Notes under the pieces: model-generated | Databases searched by the model: none | What the model was told of the DNA's origin: nothing | What the model saw: only the letters and a program-made list of their open reading frames with translations | Position numbers and translations under genes: made by a program | Shown here: piece by piece, positions 43,771-53,011 of the stretch | How positions within the stretch are numbered: position 1 is the stretch's first letter | Layout of the letters: each line of letters starts with the position of its first letter | Assembly: GCA_005881575.1 (NCBI GenBank) | Contig: VBCA01000015.1 | Location: forward strand, 16,322-80,321 | DNA from: Betaproteobacteria bacterium | Lineage (GTDB): Bacteria > Pseudomonadota > Gammaproteobacteria > Burkholderiales > SG8-39 | Direction: 5' to 3' | Length of the DNA: 64,000 nucleotides

Positions 43771-43857
43771 GCCGGGATGGTGGAACTGGTAGACGCACGG
43801 GACTCAAAATCCCGCGGCCGCAAGGCCATGAGAGTTCGATTCTCTCTCCCGGCACCA
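43771..43857 (+). tRNA. tRNA-Leu (CAA)
   Basis: GCCGGGA/TCCCGGC acceptor stem, D-loop TGGTAGAC, anticodon arm CGGGA-CTCAAAA-TCCCG, long variable arm, GTTCGA, encoded CCA. Confidence 0.96.
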
Positions 43858-43867
43858 CCGGAATACG

Positions 43868-44830
43868 ATGTCCACAGAGCCGCGCTTCAACAGCTTCCTC
43901 GCGCTGGGACCCCACGGCTTCCACCGCGTCGCCTACACCGAGTGGGGGGATCCCCGCGGACAGCACATCGTGCTGTGCGTGCACGGCCTCACGCGCAACG
44001 CCCGCGATTTCGATGAGCTCGCCGAGCACCTCGCCGGCCGGGGCTGCCGCGTCGTGTGCATGGACGTGGTCGGCCGCGGCGACAGCGACTGGTTCGAGCA
44101 CAAGGAGGACTACGGATTCGCGCAGTATCTTTCCGACGCCGCCGCATTGCTCGCCCGGGTGACCGCGCCGCCTCACAAAGTCTCGCTTCTGCGCCGGCTC
44201 CAGGGAGCGAGCGTGGGGCAGCGAATCGACTGGGTCGGAACCTCGATGGGCGGCCTGATCGGGATGATGCTCGCGGCGAAGCCCGATTCTCCGATCCGCC
44301 GCCTGGTGCTGAACGACGTCGGGCCGCTGGTGCCCTGGGGGGCGCTGGTGCGGCTCAAGCTCTCGACCAGCGGCGCCGGCGCGCGCTTTGCGAGCCTCGC
44401 CGAGGTCGAGCGCCATCTTCGCGAGACCTGCGCCTCGTTCGGTCCCTTGAGGGACTGGCAGTGGCGGCGGCTCGCCGCGCACGGGTCGCGGCGCGGCGAG
44501 AACGGAGAGTATTCGCTCGCCTACGACCCGGCGATCGTCAGTACGATGCGCGGCAGCAACGCTGGCATCGAATTCGGCAGCGACTTCCTTTTCGGCATCG
44601 ACCTCTGGGGAACCTGGGACGCGGTGCAATGCCCGACTCTGGTTCTGCGCGGGGGGGAGTCCGACCTGCTGCCCGCGTCCACCGCCCGGCGGATGCAGGA
44701 GCGCGGGCCGCGGGTCCAGCTCGTCGAATTCCCCGGAATCGGCCATGCGCCGTGGCTGATGAGCGAAGGTCAGATCGATCCGGTACAGGAATTCATCCTC
44801 ACGGCCGAACCCCGGAAAGGGGCTGCATGA
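43868..44830 (+). CDS. alpha/beta hydrolase
   Basis: HGLTRN, GTSMGG nucleophile elbow, GHAP. Confidence 0.92.
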   Translation: MSTEPRFNSFLALGPHGFHRVAYTEWGDPRGQHIVLCVHGLTRNARDFDELAEHLAGRGCRVVCMDVVGRGDSDWFEHKEDYGFAQYLSDAAALLARVTAPPHKVSLLRRLQGASVGQRIDWVGTSMGGLIGMMLAAKPDSPIRRLVLNDVGPLVPWGALVRLKLSTSGAGARFASLAEVERHLRETCASFGPLRDWQWRRLAAHGSRRGENGEYSLAYDPAIVSTMRGSNAGIEFGSDFLFGIDLWGTWDAVQCPTLVLRGGESDLLPASTARRMQERGPRVQLVEFPGIGHAPWLMSEGQIDPVQEFILTAEPRKGAA

Positions 44831-45798
44831 GGATTTGCGTGGTCGGCGCAGGCGCCGTGGGCGGTGTGATCGGAGCGTGGTTTGCGAAGGCCGGGCACGA
44901 GGTGTCGCTCGTCGCCCGCGGCACTCATCTCGAGGCGATCCGCAGACGGGGACTGACCTTGATTTCCGGAGGCAAGTCCGAAGTCCATCCGCTGCGCGCG
45001 TCGTCGGAGCCCGCCGATTTCGGGGTCCAGGATGCGGTCTTCATCTGCTTGAAGACGCACTCGATCGCGGCGATGCTGCCGCGCCTGAAGGCGCTCGTCG
45101 GCTCCGAGACCACGGTCATTCCGGCGATCAACGGCCTGCCGTGGTGGTATTTCTACAAGGAGGGCGGGCGCTTCGACGGCCGACCCGTCGACTGCCTGGA
45201 TCCCAAAGGCAAGCTCTTCGCGGCGCTCGACCCGAGGCACATCCTCGGCTGCGTGGTGCACGCGGCGGCAGAGGTTAGGGAGCCGGGGGTCGTCGGCCAC
45301 ACCGCAGGCCGGTTGTTCATCATCGGCGAGCCCGATCGCACGAAGTCCGAGCGCGCGGAGCAGCTGGCGGCAGCGATGAACGCGGCGGGCTTCGAGGCGA
45401 GGCTCGCCGCGGACATCCGCGTCGAGATCTGGACCAAGCTGATCGGAAATCTCTCCTACAATCCGGTCGCGGCGCTCGCGCTCGCCCACATGGATGACAT
45501 CAACGGCAACGAGGCGCTGCTCGCGCTCATCAGCGTCCTGATGGGGGAGGCGATGCTCGTCGCCGAGGCCTACGGCGCGCGCGTGCCGATGACGGTCGAA
45601 GAGCGCATCGGCGTGGCGAAGAAGCTCTCCGGGGCCAAGATTTCCATGCATCAGGACATCGACAAGGGTCGGCCGCTCGAGATCGACGCAATCGTCGGGG
45701 CCGTCGTGGAGCTCGCCCGCAAGGCGCGTATCGCGACGCCGATGATCGACGCCGTCTACGCGCTTATCGCCGAGCGGGCGAAGCACCTCGACCGATAA
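44827..45798 (+). CDS. panE: 2-dehydropantoate 2-reductase (ApbA/PanE family)
   Basis: GAGAVG, NGLPWW, IWTKL, SMHQD...EID; ATGA overlap with upstream gene. Confidence 0.85.
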   Translation: MRICVVGAGAVGGVIGAWFAKAGHEVSLVARGTHLEAIRRRGLTLISGGKSEVHPLRASSEPADFGVQDAVFICLKTHSIAAMLPRLKALVGSETTVIPAINGLPWWYFYKEGGRFDGRPVDCLDPKGKLFAALDPRHILGCVVHAAAEVREPGVVGHTAGRLFIIGEPDRTKSERAEQLAAAMNAAGFEARLAADIRVEIWTKLIGNLSYNPVAALALAHMDDINGNEALLALISVLMGEAMLVAEAYGARVPMTVEERIGVAKKLSGAKISMHQDIDKGRPLEIDAIVGAVVELARKARIATPMIDAVYALIAERAKHLDR

Positions 45799-45944
45799 TC
45801 TCGGTCATCGCCGCGCCGGCTAAGATCCATGGTGCCTCCAGGAACTTATCGTATGAGCCTGCGGTTAAGCCGCGCACGACGGTGAACTGAGCCGATCGGG
45901 CTAAAGGCGGCGCACCGTCCGGGAACGCTGGCGCGACGCGGCTT

Positions 45945-46964
45945 TCAGCGCAGCGAATGCGCGGCGAACAGCGCTGCGCTGAAGACGAGCAGCGCGCCGG
46001 CCTGATGCGCCGCGGCAAGAGGAACCGGCACGGCGAGCAACAGGGTCGCGATTCCCAGGGCGATCTGCAACGCGAGCGCTCCGAGCAAGAGATCGGCCCC
46101 GAGCTTTGCGCGCTCTGATACGGGGTTTCGCCGGACGCGCACCCAGAACCAGGCGACGAGGATCGCAAGCAGCCACGCGATCAGCCGGTGATCGAACTGC
46201 ACGGTCGCGATGTTGTCCGAGAAGTTGAGGTACCAGGGCTCGAGCGCGAAAATTTCCGGGGGGACGAAACGGCCGTTCATGAGCGGGAACGTGTTGTACG
46301 CGAGCCCCGCCCGGGTTCCCGCGACCAGGCCGCCCGAGAGCGCCATCACGAAGACCAGCGCGGCGAGCGCGGAGGCGAAGCGGCGCAGCCTCCGGGAAAC
46401 CGCGCCCGCGCGGGCGAAGAGCAGGTCGAAGGCGATCCACAGCATGGCCGCGTAGATCAGGAAGGCGATGCCGAGGTGTGCGGTGAGGCGGAACTGCGAT
46501 ACGCGCGGATTATCGACGAGGCCAGACTGCACCATGTACCAGCCCAACGCGCCCTGCAGCGCGCCGAGCCCGAATATCGCGGCGAATTTCCACGCCAGCT
46601 CGCGGGGGATTCTGCCGCGCAGCGCGAACCACAACAGCGGCAGCAGGAACGCCGCGCCGATCAACCTGCCGAGGAGCCGGTGGACGTACTCCCACCAGAA
46701 AATTCCCTTGAAACCCTCGAGGCTCATTCCGGGGTTGACGAGCCGATACTCGGGGGTCTGCTTGTACTTCCCGAATGTTTCCTGCCATGCGGCCTCGTTG
46801 AGCGGAGGCAGGGTCCCGACGATCGGCTGCCACTCGACGATGGACAGGCCGGAGTGGGTGAGGCGCGTGACGCCGCCGACGACCACCATCGCGAACACCA
46901 GCGCGCAGCAGACGAGCAGCCAAGCGGCGACGGTGCGCTCGCCGTTTCGCGTTTGCGTTTGCAT
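45945..46964 (-). CDS. ctaA: heme A synthase COX15/CtaA
   Basis: GGVTRLTHSGLSI, EYVHR, GWYMV, QFDHR, HQ; AGGAG RBS fits start 46964. Confidence 0.93.
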   Translation of the reverse strand: MQTQTRNGERTVAAWLLVCCALVFAMVVVGGVTRLTHSGLSIVEWQPIVGTLPPLNEAAWQETFGKYKQTPEYRLVNPGMSLEGFKGIFWWEYVHRLLGRLIGAAFLLPLLWFALRGRIPRELAWKFAAIFGLGALQGALGWYMVQSGLVDNPRVSQFRLTAHLGIAFLIYAAMLWIAFDLLFARAGAVSRRLRRFASALAALVFVMALSGGLVAGTRAGLAYNTFPLMNGRFVPPEIFALEPWYLNFSDNIATVQFDHRLIAWLLAILVAWFWVRVRRNPVSERAKLGADLLLGALALQIALGIATLLLAVPVPLAAAHQAGALLVFSAALFAAHSLR

Positions 46965-47097
46965 CGCGCGCATCTCCTATTCAGACGCAATCGTGAACTT
47001 CACCACTGGATGCTCCGCGGGACATGGGTTAAAGTACGAGGCCCGGGCGGTCCGCCCGGGTCGCCCCGGTGGCTTCACCCGCAACAGGAGGCTGGCC

Positions 47098-47334
47098 ATG
47101 TTTGCGATCGTATACAAGTCGGACGGCGTTCCGATCTGTGTCCAGATGCCCGGGGTCTCGCCCGACCCCGTGGTGGTCTGGAGCTCGGAGAGCGCGGCCC
47201 GGGCGTTCATCGAGAGCAAGGGCGGCGGCAAGGAGTTCCAGCCGGTCTCGGTGAACGAGCAGGCAATGGAGAAAATGGCCAAGGCGCTCGGCTGCCCGGT
47301 CGAGAAACTCATGGTGGAGCCGTACCCGTCCTAG
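47098..47334 (+). CDS. hypothetical protein (78 aa)
   Basis: AGGAGG RBS; MFAIVYKSDGVPICVQMPG...; GC3-rich codons; stop overlaps panC stop. Confidence 0.7.
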   Translation: MFAIVYKSDGVPICVQMPGVSPDPVVVWSSESAARAFIESKGGGKEFQPVSVNEQAMEKMAKALGCPVEKLMVEPYPS

Positions 47335-48158
47335 AGCGATACCTCGACGTTGTCGATCAGTCGGGGCCTCCCGAGCTTCGCGGCACCGAGGACGACGAGG
47401 TCACGATCCGCGGGTGACGGCGGTTGCAGGTCGGATTGCCTCCTGATCGCAACGTAGTCCGCCGCCCACTTCTCGTTGAATTTCGCCAGCGCCTCCGCCT
47501 CGAGCTTCGCGTAGTCGTGCCGCCCCGCCAGCAGCGCGCCGCGGACTTCCTGCAGGATCCGGTACAGGCGCGCGGCTTCGGTCCGCTCCACCGGCGTCAG
47601 GTAGGCGTTCCTCGAGCTGAGCGCGAGCCCGTCCTCGGCGCGCACGGTTTCCGCCGGGATGATCTCCACGGGGAGCGCGAGCTGCTTCACCATGTCGCGC
47701 AGCACCACGTACTGCTGGTAGTCCTTCTTGCCGAAGATCGCGGTGCGCGGAGAGACCATGTTGAAGAGCTTCAGCACCACGGTGGCGACGCCGCGGAAGT
47801 GCCCGGGCCGGAACGCGCCTTCGAGAATGTGCTGCAGGTCGGAAGGCTCGACCACGAAGGTCTGCGGCTCCGGGTAGATCTCCGCTTCGCTCGGCGCGAA
47901 CACGACGTCCACGCCCGCATCTTTCATCATTTCCGCATCGGCGCGCAGGGTGCGCGGGTAGCGCTCGAAATCCTCCTTCGGCCCGAACTGGATTCGGTTG
48001 ACGAATATGCTGACGACGGTGCAAGCCGCGCGATGCTTCGCCAGGCGCATCAGCTGGATGTGGCCGGCGTGGAGATTGCCCATGGTCGGAACGAAGACAT
48101 TGTCGGGCTCGCGCTGCAGCCGCTCGCGCAGATCCCTCACCGAAGTGACGATGTCCAC
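47331..48158 (-). CDS. panC: pantoate--beta-alanine ligase
   Basis: VPTMGNLHAGH, RPGHF, FGKKDYQQ, LALSSRN, RLIDN. Confidence 0.96.
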   Translation of the reverse strand: MDIVTSVRDLRERLQREPDNVFVPTMGNLHAGHIQLMRLAKHRAACTVVSIFVNRIQFGPKEDFERYPRTLRADAEMMKDAGVDVVFAPSEAEIYPEPQTFVVEPSDLQHILEGAFRPGHFRGVATVVLKLFNMVSPRTAIFGKKDYQQYVVLRDMVKQLALPVEIIPAETVRAEDGLALSSRNAYLTPVERTEAARLYRILQEVRGALLAGRHDYAKLEAEALAKFNEKWAADYVAIRRQSDLQPPSPADRDLVVLGAAKLGRPRLIDNVEVSL

Positions 48159-48166
48159 CGCTCGAC

Positions 48167-48961
48167 CTAGAAACTGTGCTCTTCGGCGGGGAAGCTGCCG
48201 TCCCTGACGGCGCGCACGTAGCGCTCGGCCGCGTCGGCGATGCTGGAAGCACCTTTCATGAAGTTCCTGACGAACCTCGCTTTCTTTCCGGGAAACACAT
48301 CGAGCATGTCGTGCAGGACGAGCACCTGGCCGGAGCACCCCGGCCCGGCGCCGATGCCGATCGTCGGGATGCGCAGGCGCTGCGTGACCTGCTCGCCGAG
48401 CTTGGCCGGTATCGCTTCGAGCACGATGAGGCCCGCACCCGCCGCCTCGAGCTCCACGGCGTCCTCGATCAGTTTCTGCTCGGCGTCCTCGCCCTTGCCT
48501 TGCACGCGGTATCCGCCGAACTGGTGCACCGATTGCGGCGTGAGGCCGAGGTGGCCGCACACCGGGACGCCGCGCTGGGTTAGGAATCGTATCGTGTCGG
48601 CGAACTCCGCGCCGCCTTCGAGCTTCACCATCTGGGCGCCCGCGGCCATCAGCTCGGCCGCGCTGCGGAACGCCTGCTGCGGAGACTCCTGATAGCTGCC
48701 GAAGGGCATGTCGGTGACGAGAAAACTGCGCTTGCTGCCCTGCGCGACCGAGCGCGTGTGATAGGCCATGTCGGCGAGCGTGACCGGCAGCGTCGTGTCG
48801 TGTCCCTGCAGCACCATGCCGAGCGAGTCTCCGACGAGGAGGCTGTCCAGCCCGGCTGCGTCCAGCATCGCCGCGAAGCTCGCGTCGTAGCAGGTGAGCA
48901 CGGCAATTTTCACGCCATCGTCGCGCAGCTTCTGCAGCGCCTTGATGGTCATTCGCGTCAT
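48167..48961 (-). CDS. panB: 3-methyl-2-oxobutanoate hydroxymethyltransferase
   Basis: [32 protein letters not shown]. Confidence 0.97.
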   Translation of the reverse strand: MTRMTIKALQKLRDDGVKIAVLTCYDASFAAMLDAAGLDSLLVGDSLGMVLQGHDTTLPVTLADMAYHTRSVAQGSKRSFLVTDMPFGSYQESPQQAFRSAAELMAAGAQMVKLEGGAEFADTIRFLTQRGVPVCGHLGLTPQSVHQFGGYRVQGKGEDAEQKLIEDAVELEAAGAGLIVLEAIPAKLGEQVTQRLRIPTIGIGAGPGCSGQVLVLHDMLDVFPGKKARFVRNFMKGASSIADAAERYVRAVRDGSFPAEEHSF

Positions 48962-48962
48962 C

Positions 48963-49604
48963 CTAGTCTCCCCAGTTGAAGAACTCACGGTGGCCGCGCA
49001 TGGCTCCGACGCGCTCGATGAGCAGCTCGAGGTCGCGATCCTGGCTCACGAAGTTGAGCTTTTCCGAATTCACGATCAGCACGGGGCTCCCGTCGAAATG
49101 ATAGAAAAAACGGTTGTAGCTGTCCGCGAGCAGGGCGAGATACTCGCCGGTGATGAGCCGCTCGAATTCTACCCCGCGCCGGCGCACCCGCTCGTACAAG
49201 ATCTCCGGCTGCGCCTGGAGGTAGATGACGAGATCGGGTTTCGGAGCTTGCGGCTTCAGCGAGTCGTATATCTGCTGATAGAGGTGCAGCTCCTCGCCCG
49301 AGAGCGTCAGCCTCGCGAACAGCGGGTCCTTCTCGAGGAGAAAATCGCAGACGGTGAGGCGCGTGAAGAGATCCATCTGCGCGAGCTCGCGCAACTGACC
49401 TATCCGCTGGAAAAGGAAGAACAGCTGCGTCGGCAGCGCGAAGCGGGACATGTCCTGGTAGAAGCGCGGCAGGAACGGATTCTGCTCCGGACGCTCCAGG
49501 ACCAGGGTCGAGTTCAACCGGCCGGCCAGACGCTTGGCGAGGCTCGTCTTGCCGACGCCGATCGGCCCTTCGACGACGATGTAGTGATATTTGGAAAGCG
49601 GCAC
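48963..49604 (-). CDS. deoxynucleoside kinase
   Basis: [10 protein letters not shown]-loop, PDLVIYLQA; GTG start. Confidence 0.92.
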   Translation of the reverse strand: MPLSKYHYIVVEGPIGVGKTSLAKRLAGRLNSTLVLERPEQNPFLPRFYQDMSRFALPTQLFFLFQRIGQLRELAQMDLFTRLTVCDFLLEKDPLFARLTLSGEELHLYQQIYDSLKPQAPKPDLVIYLQAQPEILYERVRRRGVEFERLITGEYLALLADSYNRFFYHFDGSPVLIVNSEKLNFVSQDRDLELLIERVGAMRGHREFFNWGD

Positions 49605-49821
49605 GGCGGGCTCGTGACAAACGGCGCCCCATGATACACAACACGCGCCCGAGGTCGCGCGCGGATCATGTGGGAAGGCCCGCTCACCTAGGCGTACCGC
49701 CGGGCCATGGAGGCGCCGGGGATGACGCGCTCGAGCTCGCCGCCCTTTGGGCCGCGGGGAAATCCCGCCTCTTACGCCGGACGTAGCCAGGCAACCCTGG
49801 GCTTCGAGCACACGCGCCTCG

Positions 49822-49963
49822 TCGGCAGGGATTTGACGCTAGCCCGCTAAGGTATTTGACGATGGCGTTTTCCTGTTTTTACCGGATGTTCTCGTCTCGC
49901 CGCAACCGCTAGATTGACTCCACCTTGAACCAAGAAGGAGTACATCGTGAACAGATCGACGAA
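49822..49963 (+). repeat. duplicated promoter/leader, copy 1
   Basis: Aligns by eye with 50747-50889, including RBS GAAGGAG and first codons GTG AAC AGA TCG ACG AA. Confidence 0.9.
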
Positions 49964-50543
49964 AGGAATGAATTCACATCGAAAGAAGATGCTGACTAGG
50001 CTCTTCATTGGTGCTTCCATCGCCCTGCTGGGCACGGCTGTCCTCGCTAACCCGTTCGTGCTCGACTGGCGGGTCATCGGGTTCGGGCAGGACACCGGGA
50101 CCTGCGTGGGGAGCTTCATGTCCGGTTGTACGAGCACCCCGGCGGGATCTGTGCAGGGTACGCACATCGGCAGCGGGACCTTCGCCTTGAGCGTCACTGC
50201 CGGCAGCGATAACGGTGGTCCTACGGACCCTTCCAACCACGCTACCAACTCGTCCGGTGGAAAGTGTCTCCCTGCCAACAATAGCAGTGGCCTATTGGGC
50301 CCGATCCCGGGCACCGTCACCGCGGCCGATGGGAGTACCATCAACTTCAATACAGTCGGCTGGCTTTGCCAGGAAGCTGGTAACCCCTCCCCCTATCACT
50401 ATAACGGGACGTACCGCATCACCGGCGGTACGGGCCGGTTCTCGACCGCTGTAGGAGGAGGGAGCTTGACGTACACCGTCGACACGGGCGTCATCACCTC
50501 CAACAACAGCTATATGAAGATCGACGGGACGATCAACTTCTAA
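49947..50543 (+). CDS. secreted beta-rich hypothetical protein
   Basis: RBS AAGGAG, signal peptide (AVLA|N), 4 Cys, C-terminal GTYRITGGTGRF motif. Confidence 0.8.
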   Translation: MNRSTKGMNSHRKKMLTRLFIGASIALLGTAVLANPFVLDWRVIGFGQDTGTCVGSFMSGCTSTPAGSVQGTHIGSGTFALSVTAGSDNGGPTDPSNHATNSSGGKCLPANNSSGLLGPIPGTVTAADGSTINFNTVGWLCQEAGNPSPYHYNGTYRITGGTGRFSTAVGGGSLTYTVDTGVITSNNSYMKIDGTINF

Positions 50544-50564
50544 ATCGATCCGGTAGTGTGCGAG

Positions 50565-50596
50565 CTGGCAGCCACGGCCATCGCCATGGCTGCCAG
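50565..50596 (+). terminator. hairpin downstream of secreted protein gene
   Basis: CTGGCAGCCA / TGGCTGCCAG 10-bp inverted repeat; no clear T-tract. Confidence 0.35.
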
Positions 50597-50746
50597 GCTT
50601 GCATTGCATGCCCGCTCCCGTGCTTTCGATCCCTCCAGTTGCCGAACGTACGCGGGGCAAAGTAGGTTTCCGAGTGTCATATCGGTTTGCACGTCAAGGT
50701 GCCGTTTCAGAGAACGAGAAACGTGTCAAAGCCGGCGTCGAAGACA

Positions 50747-50889
50747 TCGGCGGGGATTTAACGGTAGCCCGCTACGGTATTTGACGATCGCGCTTTTCTG
50801 TTTTTACCGGATGTTCTCCTCTCGCCGGAACCGTTAGATTGATTCTTCCTTTAACCGAGGAAGGAGTACCTCGTGAACAGATCGACGAA
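50747..50889 (+). repeat. duplicated promoter/leader, copy 2
   Basis: Aligns by eye with 49822-49963. Confidence 0.9.
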
Positions 50890-51082
50890 CCTCGGAAGCA
50901 AGCTTTCGAGCATCGTGCTGCTGATTGGCGTTATGGAGCTGATCGGTGCGCCCGCCTTTGCCACCACAGCCACGGGCACGCAGAACCCGGGGCGCGCGGT
51001 TAGGCATGACTTTCCCACTGCTGGACATTGCATCGCACAGGGGGAATCCGAGGGGGCGTGGCCCTTTTCAACAACTTGTTAA
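50873..51082 (+). pseudogene. short signal-peptide ORF, probably truncated secreted protein
   Basis: MNRST start shared with the 49947 ORF, signal peptide (PAFA|T), only about 40 residues of mature sequence before meeting the response regulator stop. Confidence 0.45.
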
Positions 51083-51711
51083 GGCTGAAGCAGGCCGCGC
51101 CGGATGGCGTAACGCACCAGCCCGGCGATGTCGTGGATGTCGAGCTTCTTCATGATCCGGTTGCGGTGCGACTCGGCGGTCTTGAAGCTGATGCTGAGAA
51201 GACCCGCGATCGCTTTGGTGGTTTTGCCTTCCGCGATCAGCTGCAGGATCTGGCGCTCGCGCGCCGTGAGCGGGTCCTCAGGTTCATTGCCCTCATGCAG
51301 GTACGCGTCGACCAGAGACGCGGCCACGCCGGGGCTGAGATAGATCGCGCCGCGCAAGACCTCCTGGATCGCGCGGATCAGGTCGTCGGCCGCCTGCGTT
51401 TTCAGCACGTAGCCCTTCGCGCCCGCCTGCAATGCCTGCAGGACGTAGGGTCGATCGGTATACATCGTCAGGAGAATGGTCCTGGTGTCGGGCGACACCC
51501 GGTGGATCTCCCGTATTGCATCCAGCCCGTTCAACAAAGGCATCGCCAGGTCGAGCACCGCGACGCCGGGCTGGAGAGTCTGCGCCAGCTTGCAGGCCTC
51601 GTGTCCGTCGGAGGCCTCGCCGACCACCTCGTGCCCGGACTTCTCCAGCAGCGCGCGCAGGCCCTGGCGCACGATCTGATGGTCTTCGGCAAGCAGTACC
51701 CGGGAGCGCAT
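51079..51711 (-). CDS. NarL/FixJ-family response regulator (REC + LuxR HTH)
   Basis: LAEDH, LDLAMP, GYVLK, LTARERQIL...TAESHR. Confidence 0.95.
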   Translation of the reverse strand: MRSRVLLAEDHQIVRQGLRALLEKSGHEVVGEASDGHEACKLAQTLQPGVAVLDLAMPLLNGLDAIREIHRVSPDTRTILLTMYTDRPYVLQALQAGAKGYVLKTQAADDLIRAIQEVLRGAIYLSPGVAASLVDAYLHEGNEPEDPLTARERQILQLIAEGKTTKAIAGLLSISFKTAESHRNRIMKKLDIHDIAGLVRYAIRRGLLQP

Positions 51712-51712
51712 T

Positions 51713-52846
51713 TCACCTCTTCAGAGGGATTTCGGCCCGCAGGGTCGTGCCGCCGCCGGGCTGCGAGGCGATGTGCACGGAACCGCCGAGCGCGCCGAGC
51801 CGCTCGCGGATGCCGACCAATCCGAGCCCTGTGCCGCCCTCGAGCCTGTTCGCGGTGAAACCGACGCCGTCATCGCGCACGGTGCACGATACGCGCTCCG
51901 CGGTGTGGCAAACCTCGATGTTCGCTGCGCTCGCCCGGGCGTGCTTGATCACGTTGTTGAGCGCTTCCTGCGCGATCCGATAGAGCGTGATCTCCACGGT
52001 CGGCGCCAGGCGAGCGCCGAGCTCGCCGCTCACCCCGATGGCCACCCCGGCACGCCGGCCCACGTTCTCGGCAAGAAACTGCAGCGCGGGCACGAGCCCG
52101 AGCCGATCGAGCACCATCGGCCGCAGCTCGTGGGAGATGTTGCGCAGCTCCGTCTCGATCTTGCCGAGGAGCCACTTCACCCCGTTGAGACGCTCGCGGT
52201 GGTGCGGCGGCAGCTCGTCCGCGATGTCGGCGATTGCGATGTGCACCGAGGCGAGAAGCTGTCCGGCCTCGTCGTGCAGCGCGTGGGCGATCTTTTTCGC
52301 TTCGTTTTCCAGCGTTTCGGTCAACTGCCGCCATACGCGTGCGCCGCGGATGGCCTCCTGCTGCTCGCGAATGACGCGCTCTCGCTCCTGCACGAAACCG
52401 ACGGCTACGGTGTTGGCGATCCGGTTCGCCGCCGGCTCGTAAGCGTCCAGGATCCGGTTGAGCAGTTTGAAGTCCGATCGATATTTGGCGAAGAACGAGC
52501 GCGCGAGTACGTCGCGCAGCAGCAGCACAACGCCCACCACCTCGTCGGTCTGTACCCCGCGCGGGATGATGCGCCCGGAGAGGTTGCGCGCGTAGGCTTG
52601 CAATGCCTCGAACGTTCCCGTCTCCAGCGCATCCACGTAGTTGTCGTACACGGAGGTCACCTCGGCGAAGATCTCCTCGTCGGTCATCGTGTTCAGCAGT
52701 TTCGCCGCGATGATCCGGCGGGCCCACTCCTTGCGCAGCTCGGTGCGGTGCTCGCGCAGGTGGGCGACCAGCCCGCGCAGCAGCACAGCGCTCGAGTCGG
52801 CACCCGTCTCGAGCGAACGCGGCGCTTTCGCGTGAACGTCTGTCAT
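51713..52846 (-). CDS. soluble HisKA_3 sensor histidine kinase with RsbR-like N-terminal domain
   Basis: IAHALHDEAGQ H-box, LRP, QEALNNVIKHA, DDGVGF, GLGLVG; helical N-terminus ending ERERVIREQQEAIR; no TM. Confidence 0.88.
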   Translation of the reverse strand: MTDVHAKAPRSLETGADSSAVLLRGLVAHLREHRTELRKEWARRIIAAKLLNTMTDEEIFAEVTSVYDNYVDALETGTFEALQAYARNLSGRIIPRGVQTDEVVGVVLLLRDVLARSFFAKYRSDFKLLNRILDAYEPAANRIANTVAVGFVQERERVIREQQEAIRGARVWRQLTETLENEAKKIAHALHDEAGQLLASVHIAIADIADELPPHHRERLNGVKWLLGKIETELRNISHELRPMVLDRLGLVPALQFLAENVGRRAGVAIGVSGELGARLAPTVEITLYRIAQEALNNVIKHARASAANIEVCHTAERVSCTVRDDGVGFTANRLEGGTGLGLVGIRERLGALGGSVHIASQPGGGTTLRAEIPLKR

Positions 52847-53011
52847 GGCTGCCTCCTCAGGGAAAAGCGTGGACGGTACATTCTAAATCTGGACCCATAA
52901 GCCGATGAAGGCCTGAAAGACTTTCCCGCTCGCGCCCCAGGTGTTTTCCTCGCGGGAATTAGGTTAAATACCTGAGGCCGGTTTACCGGGCCCTCCGCGG
53001 GGCGATCGCCG

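Noticed and set aside
43771-43857. tRNA-Leu as integration site of a genomic island
   Set aside because: No integrase and no duplicated tRNA 3' end seen in the window; flanking genes look native
49822-50889. Repeats as CRISPR array or integron attC sites
   Set aside because: Only two long diverged copies that include RBS and start codons; no regular spacers, cas genes, integrase or attC core sites
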